Shown: positions 46,944 to 55,178, counted from the stretch's first letter. The stretch is DNA of 61,223 bases from a virus (IMGVR_UViG_3300028844_002929:1-61223); one strand, 5' to 3'. The notes: generated by a model from the letters alone, not told the origin. Made by a program: numbers and translations.

Positions 46944-47392
46944 GTCAATGCTGCAAAAACCTCCAACTGGCAAGACGCGCTGTCTGCCTGAGCGAGGATG
47001 TTATCTATGTCTGTCAAGTTCCCCGCCGCAGCGCTAGAATTACCAGCTGCGTTGGCATCGATCTTACTATTAAATAGAAGGTAGCTTTCGCCAGCATCCA
47101 ATTTAATCATATACTCCTCTGTACCATCGTTCTGGATGGTGATGGCAACAAAGTTTGTTGCGTCTAGATTCGTAATACGGAAGTAAGAGACGTTAGTCGT
47201 AAGCAGAGTACCCCCTGCTGCATTGGCTGCCGAAGCATCCATTTGGACTACGGTCTGCGCCGAAGCCGTACCAACATCCAAGATCCGATGGAATGTCTCA
47301 GTGATGCTCGTGACATCAATAGAAACCTCACTGCCACGCTCCCTTCCATTGAGCTCTAGCTCTTCAGTAACTTTTACTGTTAGTGTTGCCAT
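46940..47392 (-). CDS. Small beta-rich structural protein (paralog family)
   Basis: YFRITNLD..N...KLDAGES. Confidence 0.7.
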   Translation of the reverse strand: MATLTVKVTEELELNGRERGSEVSIDVTSITETFHRILDVGTASAQTVVQMDASAANAAGGTLLTTNVSYFRITNLDATNFVAITIQNDGTEEYMIKLDAGESYLLFNSKIDANAAGNSSAAAGNLTDIDNILAQADSASCQLEVFAALT

Positions 47393-47396
47393 ACTA

Positions 47397-47404
47397 CAAA
47401 TATA
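47397..47404 (-). promoter_or_regulatory. -7 promoter element (leaderless geometry)
   Basis: TATATTTG 4 nt before ATG 47392. Confidence 0.65.
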
Positions 47405-47410
47405 AACAGA

Positions 47411-47445
47411 TTAACCGCTGCAGCTTTCGCAGTCTTCCTCTTCAT
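47411..47445 (-). pseudogene. Internally deleted copy of the 44-aa EDCESCSG gene
   Basis: ATGAAG joined out of frame to GAAGACTGCGAAAGCTGCAGCGGTTAA (EDCESCSG*). Confidence 0.6.
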
Positions 47446-48452
47446 TTCTTAATCACTTTAAAAGGGGTCTTCACCTTACCGCCACTTCCGAACTCAATCT
47501 CGTATTTCTCTCGATACTCTTGAACCTCCTTTTCGCCAAGGTCTCTGACCTTCCACTGTTTTCTTTTATCGTCCCACTCTTTCACGGCGTAAGGAACCTG
47601 GCCTGTCCTAGTGGTCCCCCTACCTCCAGTATTTGCGGCCTTGAATAGATATTCTGGCTGCCTTCCAGTGGGCTCCTTGATTACTCTAAAGTTACGTTCA
47701 GGAATAGGGTCTGGCTCAGGGGACGGTTCTGGTTCTGGCTGGGGCTCAGGCTCAGGCTCAGGGGCAGAAACTTGCTTTGCAACCCTAACCTGTTCTTTCT
47801 CAAAAGGCTCTGGACCATACTTTTCTCTACGCTGTTTCTTTTCTTCTTCCGTGAGGAGGTCATAGGGTTTTACAGCGATAGGATCGTAGTAAGGAAACTC
47901 CACCTTGTCGCCACCAGGACTCTCCTGCTCATAAGGCGGATTTAATTCTCTTACCTCTCTAGGGTTTACAATCGGCACGTATTGCGTGGCGGCACCTCTA
48001 ATTAACCCTTGTGGCTGAATACCAGTGTCATAGTATCCCAGTGGAAGTCTAGGATTTACAACCGAAGTAGTCAACTCTCTAACCCTAGTAACATCACCAT
48101 CAGTCGTAGGGTTATATATCCCGTAATAGTCATCTATAGAATCTATGCCTTCATAATGACCCTGACCTAGAATGCCCCCATCACGAAGATCATTATATAT
48201 TGCTATTTCTGCATCAGTGTATTCTCCTCTAGATTTTCTAAAATGATCTGCCAGTCTTTGTAAGACGTCTTCTCCTGTTTCTACTCTAGTTTCATAAGGC
48301 CACATCTCAACCATTCTTTGTAGCCATTGAGCAGCGTCGTAAGCGTCCAAACTATCCTGTCTAGTAGCTACAGACGCAGGAAAGGCGTCAGTGCCTTCTG
48401 GAGGCCAGTTTCCATGGCTGCCTCCGTGTAGATACTTCCTTCTTACTTTCAT
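47442..48452 (-). CDS. Putative cargo protein (tagged at both ends)
   Basis: MKVRRKYLHGG ... FGSGGKVKTPFKVIKK; ATG 48452. Confidence 0.7.
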   Translation of the reverse strand: MKVRRKYLHGGSHGNWPPEGTDAFPASVATRQDSLDAYDAAQWLQRMVEMWPYETRVETGEDVLQRLADHFRKSRGEYTDAEIAIYNDLRDGGILGQGHYEGIDSIDDYYGIYNPTTDGDVTRVRELTTSVVNPRLPLGYYDTGIQPQGLIRGAATQYVPIVNPREVRELNPPYEQESPGGDKVEFPYYDPIAVKPYDLLTEEEKKQRREKYGPEPFEKEQVRVAKQVSAPEPEPEPQPEPEPSPEPDPIPERNFRVIKEPTGRQPEYLFKAANTGGRGTTRTGQVPYAVKEWDDKRKQWKVRDLGEKEVQEYREKYEIEFGSGGKVKTPFKVIKK

Positions 48453-48583
48453 CCTGAGCAGCTTTCGCAGTCCTCTGGAGAGTCCAGGTTGCACGTGATC
48501 TCCCCACTCTTCAGCTTCTCGGCTGTATCCTGGAGTTTTTTCTTATCAAGGAATGTCGGAGCATCCCATTCTTCTTCCTTCAT
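48449..48583 (-). CDS. 44-aa acidic peptide ending CNLDSPEDCESCSG (not in ORF track)
   Basis: ATGA overlaps at both ends; exactly fills the gap. Confidence 0.8.
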   Translation of the reverse strand: MKEEEWDAPTFLDKKKLQDTAEKLKSGEITCNLDSPEDCESCSG

Positions 48584-51500
48584 TTCTTCAGCACTTTAAA
48601 TGGTGATTTCTTTTTGACCTTAATACGCCCGCCTTGCTTGTACCCTCGGATTTCTCCCGATCCTTGCTGAAGAGACTTCGGAACCTTAAGCTCAAACCAA
48701 GTGTTGCCATGCTCATCCGTTACAGGTTTGAACTCATATCCCAGCTTCTTGGCAACCTTGGGTAGGCGGTCATAACTCTTCATTACTGTTTTATGACTAT
48801 CGCTAACGCCTTCACCACGCAGTAATGCGTCGAGTTGCGATTGAAGGCTGCTCATGTGATTCTCTACAGCTGATACTCTTCCCTTTGCCTCTACACCTCT
48901 CCTCAAATTCTTGCTCAAAATCGCAGCTTGATCACTGAAATTAGCATAGTTGAACATTGGAGACTTATCTGGCCGACCCGAAAGGCTATGGAGTTTATCG
49001 ATATCATCCATCAAGTGCTTATAGAGGTAGTCCTTCTCCATCATCCAGTGGTAATCCTTAGATTCCTGAATAGATGCTTGATTCTGGGGTGGGGGAGTGT
49101 TCCCTGCAATAGGCATATGGAAAGGAATGTCATCTTGCGGGCTCTGTTTAGTTGTGCTTCTATACAGAGCAGCAAAATTATCTTCTACAGACGGTTCGCC
49201 CATAGGCCTGTCATACATCGTCGGAACATAATTCTCTATATACAAATCCACAACGTCTATTGGAGCCATCCGCATCCTATCCAATACAGTATGGGGCTCG
49301 AAGAACCTATTGTTAAACAGATAATTTGAGAAGCGCTCGGCGATTCTCTCCATTGCATCTATACCCCGGTCGTTCACAGCAGAGCCCCGATACTTAGTGT
49401 ATTCTTGGTAATCTGGATGCTCTAAGAAAGCCCCCGATAAATAATCTTCAGCTGGTAATTTTGTTACTACAAGTCTATCTTGAGTCGCAGGCCTCTGATC
49501 CGCTGCCCACTGAGCCTCCTGTACTATATTTTCGACAGCCGTATCCATCTGCCCTGAGCCCTTGAAATCCTCATACAAATTGGATAGTCGAACGTCACTA
49601 GAGAACGTTGCAAAGGTCTGATCCATACTGGCGTACATCTTCCCAGGGACACGACTTGCACTCGTTACATACTGATCTAGCCGACGATCGAATCGATGCC
49701 TAGCAGATTCGCTCATTGCACGCGTTACCCGACCATTTCGCCAGTGATCAGCGAACTTCATGAAGTTGTAACTATGTACAGATTTTTGCCTCGCCAGTGA
49801 TATCTCCCCATTGTATATTTTGTCAGCCGTATCTTCAGAAGAATAAATTAAATCATCAACATAATCAGGAAGCTTGCGAGCAAACTTCTCGGAGTAATCC
49901 TCCATTGAGTCAGTGCCAGTAAGGGCAGATTTACCCTGACTTACAAGAGGTGTCCTAAACAAGAGTTGCTGAGCGCCTTCTCCCAGAGCTTCTATCTGCT
50001 GGCCAAAAATAGTGGCCTCACCATTGTCAAATGGGGTTGCGGTGTTTTCGTACTGACCAAGAGGACTGTCCAAATAGTTCTGAGCGTGGTTAAGCTCCAT
50101 TTGAAGTGTCTCGAGGGCTTGTTGTTGAGTTTCAATATCCTGTTCTACGCGTCGGGGACTTCTAGTGTAGCCCTGAATAACAGCAGTAGTAATGCCAGTA
50201 GGAAAGCGGATAGCGTCATACCCAGAATTTTGACCTACGATTTGTGACAATAAGAACTCATCCTGGTTCTTCACAAAAGCCTTCTGTATTCTTTCGTCAA
50301 CAGGCCCTATCTGATCTTGTCCGAAGTCATCTATATCACCATAGATCTCACCAGTTCCAAACACCTCATCCATCTCTTGCTCCGTACCCTCCATCTCCTC
50401 GACTGCACGACTGAAGCCCTCTAAGGCATTATCATATTCTGATGCGATGTTAGCGTCTGTAAAAGTACCAGGAGGATTTATGTCGTTCTTCTCCAATGCG
50501 TCGATAATCTCACCTGAGAAAAGCTGCAAGTCGTTTGATATGCTTGCGCCCTTAAATTCTTTATCGTCTAACCACTCCAGTGTTTTTTGCCCCTCATCAT
50601 GGGCTTCAATTGCCGCCGCATATAGCTGATCAGACAATTTCCTATGCCTCCTGTCCAAGTCACTATATTCTGGGAATAGATTAGTCACCTTCTTTTGAGT
50701 GTCCATCCACCAATTGACATCATATAGGAAGGCATTATTCTCATCGATGACGCCGTCCTTCATTACCTCAGCAATCTGTTTTTTGACAGAGACACCAGAG
50801 GCCCCTGGGGCCAGATCTTCAACATCAAATCGATAAGAGCCTCCAATATTCTGGAATAGCTCGTGCGGGTTTCGAGCTTGAACCTTACCTACGGTTGGAT
50901 TTACAGTAGCAAACCTTCTGGTCAAAGTGTTGTAGGCTTCATCGGGAAAACTGTACGCGAAACGACGAGGCTCCCCAGGAGTCTGCGTGGCATCTAACTC
51001 CATTATGTTTGTCGGGAAGTCTGGGTTGTAATCGTAACTGTCTTGAATAAATCGACCCCTTTGAGCCACATCCGACTGCATTTCTCCGATGTACAAAGTT
51101 CTCGTTTGAGCCAGATTGCCCCCTCTAACAAACCCTCTGTAGTGACCTACTACATTAGGGGAGATGCTCCTCCAATGACCAGAGTCCTGACCAATGTAAC
51201 TACGACCTACAGGATTCTGAGGATTAGCAATAATAAGTTGAGTGCCAATATCATTGATCTCGGACCGTGGGCCCTGAAGATTACCGAACCCATAGTCAGA
51301 ATACGACTGAGTTTCGTCATGCACGAATCGATCACCTAAAACCTTAGCCGTTTCTTGTCGCACTGAATTCAAGTCATAGAACTCCTTACCCTTTTTACCT
51401 ATGACTGGATCCATATCCATCAAGGCATCCGTGAGTACGATCTTATCGAATTCAGACAGACCTCCTTTACTAAGGTACTGAGCCATCTGAGCCTTCGGTA

Positions 51501-52617
51501 TCAACCCTTGCTTATTAACGCGCTTCTCCAACTCACCCCCTATCATGAGGGAAGGAATCTGCTGGACGTTTTTCTCCTTACGGGCATCAATTGGACCGTA
51601 AGCGTCCTCAAATTTCTCTGCTTGATACAACCCCAACTCATGTGAAAACTGCATCGCACGATCCAGGTCACCACTAGGGGCAGCAGCGGTCATCTCCTGC
51701 TGCGTCATCCCTTGCAGCTTCTTATATGGAATCTTTGCCGCTGCCTCTTCTCCCAGCTTAGAACCTTCAATTAAGTTCCGAGTTACGCGACGCTCTGCGG
51801 TTTCCAGTCTAGGCCCGCCGCCAGGCAAAGCCCGACGGCCAAACACGGCTTCTTCTCCCGCAAGGATCTCTGCCTCCCGTGCTGCCGCCTCCGCTGCATC
51901 ATATATCCCTGACATAGACGGAGGTTGCATTCGAGCCTGGCCCTCACGACTCATCCCCGATGCTAGGCGATCTATCTCATTAGCAAACCTACCTTGCTGC
52001 CCTACTATGTCTGATGTCCGTGCTGTGATCTTAGGGTCCTTCCCCATCATACGACGGAAGAAGTTCTTGACATCCTCTGCACCCTGTCTCAACACACCAC
52101 CGACAGCAGGGCCAGAAGGCATCTTACGCATCGCAGCAGAACCAGCGGTAGCTACTAAGGATGGTAGATCGTCAGTATCGACCCCTTCCCGAAGCAACAT
52201 GTTCATCATCGCGGGATTACCCATCGCACTTAACATCAATGGCAGTTCCATATAGTCCTGATAGAACTTGTTCTGCGCATCGATCACACCCCCCGTCATA
52301 TCCAAGTAGTCCGTCACCCCCTGGCTACCAAGGTTCTGATAGACTGCAGCTAGGTCGCCCTCCGTCCTAGCGATCTGTTCGGGGACGTTGGGACTATACG
52401 CAGGCACACTACCATCAGTCACGACCTCCGCAGCAGGGAGATTCACTTGGGCAACAGGTAAATCGTATGGATCTGTAGGTACCATGGCATTTCCGCCTTG
52501 ATACGTATTGAGATAACTCAGTAGCTCCTGAACATCCTGGGGACGTCCACCTTCCTCATACTTAGATACACGCCGCTTCTTTAAGTGCGTGCCCTTGCGC
52601 TTAGATTTCGACTTCAC
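48580..52617 (-). CDS. Large putative cargo/polyvalent-type protein (tagged at both ends)
   Basis: 1345 aa; KYEEGG ... YKQGGRIKVKKKSPFKVLKK; internal H.R...LYIGEMQSD motif. Confidence 0.7.
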   Translation of the reverse strand: MKSKSKRKGTHLKKRRVSKYEEGGRPQDVQELLSYLNTYQGGNAMVPTDPYDLPVAQVNLPAAEVVTDGSVPAYSPNVPEQIARTEGDLAAVYQNLGSQGVTDYLDMTGGVIDAQNKFYQDYMELPLMLSAMGNPAMMNMLLREGVDTDDLPSLVATAGSAAMRKMPSGPAVGGVLRQGAEDVKNFFRRMMGKDPKITARTSDIVGQQGRFANEIDRLASGMSREGQARMQPPSMSGIYDAAEAAAREAEILAGEEAVFGRRALPGGGPRLETAERRVTRNLIEGSKLGEEAAAKIPYKKLQGMTQQEMTAAAPSGDLDRAMQFSHELGLYQAEKFEDAYGPIDARKEKNVQQIPSLMIGGELEKRVNKQGLIPKAQMAQYLSKGGLSEFDKIVLTDALMDMDPVIGKKGKEFYDLNSVRQETAKVLGDRFVHDETQSYSDYGFGNLQGPRSEINDIGTQLIIANPQNPVGRSYIGQDSGHWRSISPNVVGHYRGFVRGGNLAQTRTLYIGEMQSDVAQRGRFIQDSYDYNPDFPTNIMELDATQTPGEPRRFAYSFPDEAYNTLTRRFATVNPTVGKVQARNPHELFQNIGGSYRFDVEDLAPGASGVSVKKQIAEVMKDGVIDENNAFLYDVNWWMDTQKKVTNLFPEYSDLDRRHRKLSDQLYAAAIEAHDEGQKTLEWLDDKEFKGASISNDLQLFSGEIIDALEKNDINPPGTFTDANIASEYDNALEGFSRAVEEMEGTEQEMDEVFGTGEIYGDIDDFGQDQIGPVDERIQKAFVKNQDEFLLSQIVGQNSGYDAIRFPTGITTAVIQGYTRSPRRVEQDIETQQQALETLQMELNHAQNYLDSPLGQYENTATPFDNGEATIFGQQIEALGEGAQQLLFRTPLVSQGKSALTGTDSMEDYSEKFARKLPDYVDDLIYSSEDTADKIYNGEISLARQKSVHSYNFMKFADHWRNGRVTRAMSESARHRFDRRLDQYVTSASRVPGKMYASMDQTFATFSSDVRLSNLYEDFKGSGQMDTAVENIVQEAQWAADQRPATQDRLVVTKLPAEDYLSGAFLEHPDYQEYTKYRGSAVNDRGIDAMERIAERFSNYLFNNRFFEPHTVLDRMRMAPIDVVDLYIENYVPTMYDRPMGEPSVEDNFAALYRSTTKQSPQDDIPFHMPIAGNTPPPQNQASIQESKDYHWMMEKDYLYKHLMDDIDKLHSLSGRPDKSPMFNYANFSDQAAILSKNLRRGVEAKGRVSAVENHMSSLQSQLDALLRGEGVSDSHKTVMKSYDRLPKVAKKLGYEFKPVTDEHGNTWFELKVPKSLQQGSGEIRGYKQGGRIKVKKKSPFKVLKK

Positions 52618-53270
52618 TTCTTTACGATTTTGTAAGGGATCTTACCACCATCTTTATTCAAACGTGCTGCATTTCTAGCTTGCAGCGCATATCGCCCTGG
52701 ATCAACATTCATACTAGGGGCAATGAAATCATTGGAGTAACCCTGCGCCTGCTGACCCCCGCGCCCTACACTGAACATATCCTCAATGTCACGCAAGAAG
52801 GACTTGTAGCCGATATTGTTCATCCTACCAGTGAGATTCATTTCATCAATGACATTCATAGCACGGCGCTGGACATCAAGGATGTTCATAGACTCGTCTC
52901 TGGCGCCCTCATTGATCGCCCTTTGCGCATAATACTGCAGTGGCTCTGCTGCACGTCTAGGATCTAGTGAAGGCCCTAACTCACCGTATGTCAGTGCTTT
53001 GCGTGGTATTGATGAGGCAGCTGGGGCAGCCTTAGCCCCCAACCCTAAGGCTTGTCCTACAGCGCGAGCCGCAGGAGCCAAGAATCGAGCCAGGGGAAAC
53101 GTCCCTAGCAGATAATCCTGTGGACCAAATGTGTTTTGAATAGCCCCGCTGCCCCCACGAGCATACGGGGACTGAGCCATATACTCCTCCATAGACGAGT
53201 ACTGGGGGATTGTGTCTTGAACAGATGGGGATGAAGGGTCGCCACCTCCTTCTAACTTCTTGATCTTCAT
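52614..53270 (-). CDS. Putative cargo protein (tagged at both ends)
   Basis: MKIKKLEGGG ... NKDGGKIPYKIVKK. Confidence 0.7.
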   Translation of the reverse strand: MKIKKLEGGGDPSSPSVQDTIPQYSSMEEYMAQSPYARGGSGAIQNTFGPQDYLLGTFPLARFLAPAARAVGQALGLGAKAAPAASSIPRKALTYGELGPSLDPRRAAEPLQYYAQRAINEGARDESMNILDVQRRAMNVIDEMNLTGRMNNIGYKSFLRDIEDMFSVGRGGQQAQGYSNDFIAPSMNVDPGRYALQARNAARLNKDGGKIPYKIVKK

Positions 53271-53274
53271 AGTG

Positions 53275-53282
53275 TAAAGATA
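53275..53282 (-). promoter_or_regulatory. Variant -7 element (leaderless geometry)
   Basis: TATCTTTA 4 nt before ATG 53270. Confidence 0.45.
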
Positions 53283-54072
53283 AGAATCCTACTTAGACAA
53301 CAGAAGGCAGTAATAGTCCTTGGGAATAGGGCACAAGTACCGCGAATACACCAAATGTCTCACAGAATCCCAGGGTAATATTATTTTATACCCCCCATTC
53401 CTCTGCGTCTATAAGGTAAAGTTACACCAAAAAATTGACATTGTCAAATTACCCCCAGTATTACACATCACATGCACAATTCCCCTGTTTATCGACTGTC
53501 TCTCTACGCTAGTTTTCGACATTGTCTATAAATCTGCCCTTTTTTTTTCTGAGTACCCATAGTTATAGACGAACTGTAGATAAAGCACCTGGGGTTGAAA
53601 TAGCGAAGGAGGGGTTTTGGGGAAAATAAGAAACGGAGAACACACATCTGAAAAAAAATGGGTGAACATTAGAGATCGGGGATTATATATATGTATATGC
53701 GTTGGCGGCGGCGAACCGAAATGACTTTGCGGCGGTGGCTTTTGTGTTAGTATTTGTATTTGCGCAATTTTTCAGCGTTTTTTCCTGTTAGTATTAGCGT
53801 CTACCCCCCTGATTATCAGGCAATTAGGGGATCCCCCTGCCGGTGGCCCATTAACCTATTACTAATACCCGAATTCAATTGTCTATTATTTGTTTATGCT
53901 AATACTAACAACAACTATATAATATCTATTTGCCCCCCTGTTTTTCGGTTCATCAGTATTACACCATTTTTCTTTCGTCGATAACTTGTTGGTTGTCAGT
54001 GAGTTACACAAAAGGGGGTCATTTTATACGGCTGTATGTCGAATCTTCGCTTCATAGTCGAAAAGTTGTCTA
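53283..54072. other. Divergent non-coding region; candidate origin and/or genome terminus
   Basis: No credible ORF; AT-rich with C/G runs and palindromes; strand switch point. Confidence 0.55.
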
Positions 54073-54080
54073 TACATTTG
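54073..54080 (+). promoter_or_regulatory. First early promoter (-7 element)
   Basis: TACATTTG with TTCG about 20 nt upstream, at the AT-to-GC transition. Confidence 0.6.
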
Positions 54081-54084
54081 GCCC

Positions 54085-54712
54085 TGTCAAGCGACACGGG
54101 GTAACGACTCCTATATAGACCGCTCGACCTACGGCGACCACGCCGTTGATATAGTGTTTATTCAACCGACTACGGCCCCCCCGATATTACCTGACGGGGG
54201 CGACCACAGGACGAACACCAACCGACGAACCGTGCGGTGTGACTCTGAGGTAAGTGTAGGCCCCCGATTGTTCGTGGGGGTTTACGGTGAACCCTACCCA
54301 ACACGGGGCAACTAATAGAATAGACACGGAACCACAGACGCGCCCCTTTTGGGTTTTCGTTTGTGGGTAGGACGTTCACGGCCCCCTTATTACACGGGGT
54401 GTGCGGGCCTGCTGAAGTAACCCACTTACAGGGAGAAGCCGAATACGCGTGTTGACCGCGTTACGAACCTGCATATGTAGTGTGTGCGGGGGTAGGGCAT
54501 AATATGTAAGACGCAAGTACACGGATCGGTGAGCGATTAATGTTTGAGCGGCGTACCCTCACGCCCGCCATGACGACACGCGATGACACGCGATGTACAC
54601 GACTCGGAGCAGTTGTAAAGCGTGTGCGAATAATTGAGGGCGCGTAGATACGGATATGCACGACCTGTGCGGCGGTTCGACTCCCCCCTACGCACGACTC
54701 AATGGTGAGTCA
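54085..54712 (+). ncRNA. Candidate large structured RNA / long leader
   Basis: Dense helices with G-U pairs on + strand, long-range pairings, no credible ORF. Confidence 0.6.
54641..54695 (+). ncRNA. tRNA-like mini-domain (not a canonical tRNA)
   Basis: GCGTAG/CTACGC acceptor-like stem stacked on GGCGG-TTCGACT-CCCCC T arm; no D stem, no CCA. Confidence 0.55.
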
Positions 54713-54728
54713 GTAAAAACCCAATACA

Positions 54729-55178
54729 ATGTTGGTTCAACAACCAAAAATGATGCGAGTACAACTCGCCCAATACAAGTCTGACGGCACTCTTAAAGCA
54801 GAGTACAAGATGACCCAATCGATACGCAAGGCCCGCGACGAACAAGACCTCTTGTTCAAGACGGCAACGCATATCGAATCATGGGCGGGTGAACTCATGA
54901 AGATGAACGAGGTGTTCGGCGACAAGTTCCAGACCCCCAAGGGTAACAGGAAGCGTCTGCCCTGCTCGTTCTCACCCACGCAAAAGATTGCTATCCGCGT
55001 CTACTACGGCGACGATATGCAAGAAGAATGTGTGATGACCACCACGGACTATACGTCCTCTGCGGTATGCGAATACCGCCTCACCCTCAAGAAGTTGGCA
55101 AGCGGTGAAGGCAAGCAAGTTCTGCTGTCCTCGTTCAAGCTGACACATATGCTTGGACAACACATCAAGTTCTCATGA
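54729..55178 (+). CDS. First early hypothetical protein
   Basis: 149 aa, A-rich leader. Confidence 0.75.
   Translation: MLVQQPKMMRVQLAQYKSDGTLKAEYKMTQSIRKARDEQDLLFKTATHIESWAGELMKMNEVFGDKFQTPKGNRKRLPCSFSPTQKIAIRVYYGDDMQEECVMTTTDYTSSAVCEYRLTLKKLASGEGKQVLLSSFKLTHMLGQHIKFS

Noticed and set aside
53320-54661. Short ORFs listed in the intergenic region
   Set aside because: Non-ATG starts, atypical composition, no coupling to neighbours
54641-54695. Canonical tRNA gene
   Set aside because: Too short; no D stem or 7-nt anticodon loop
54085-54712. tmRNA, RNase P RNA or group II intron
   Set aside because: No tag ORF ending in Ala-Ala, no 5'/3' acceptor pairing with CCA, no GAGGAAAGUCC; AGCCG...TACG near 54437 lacks the closing strand of domain V; no reverse transcriptase gene
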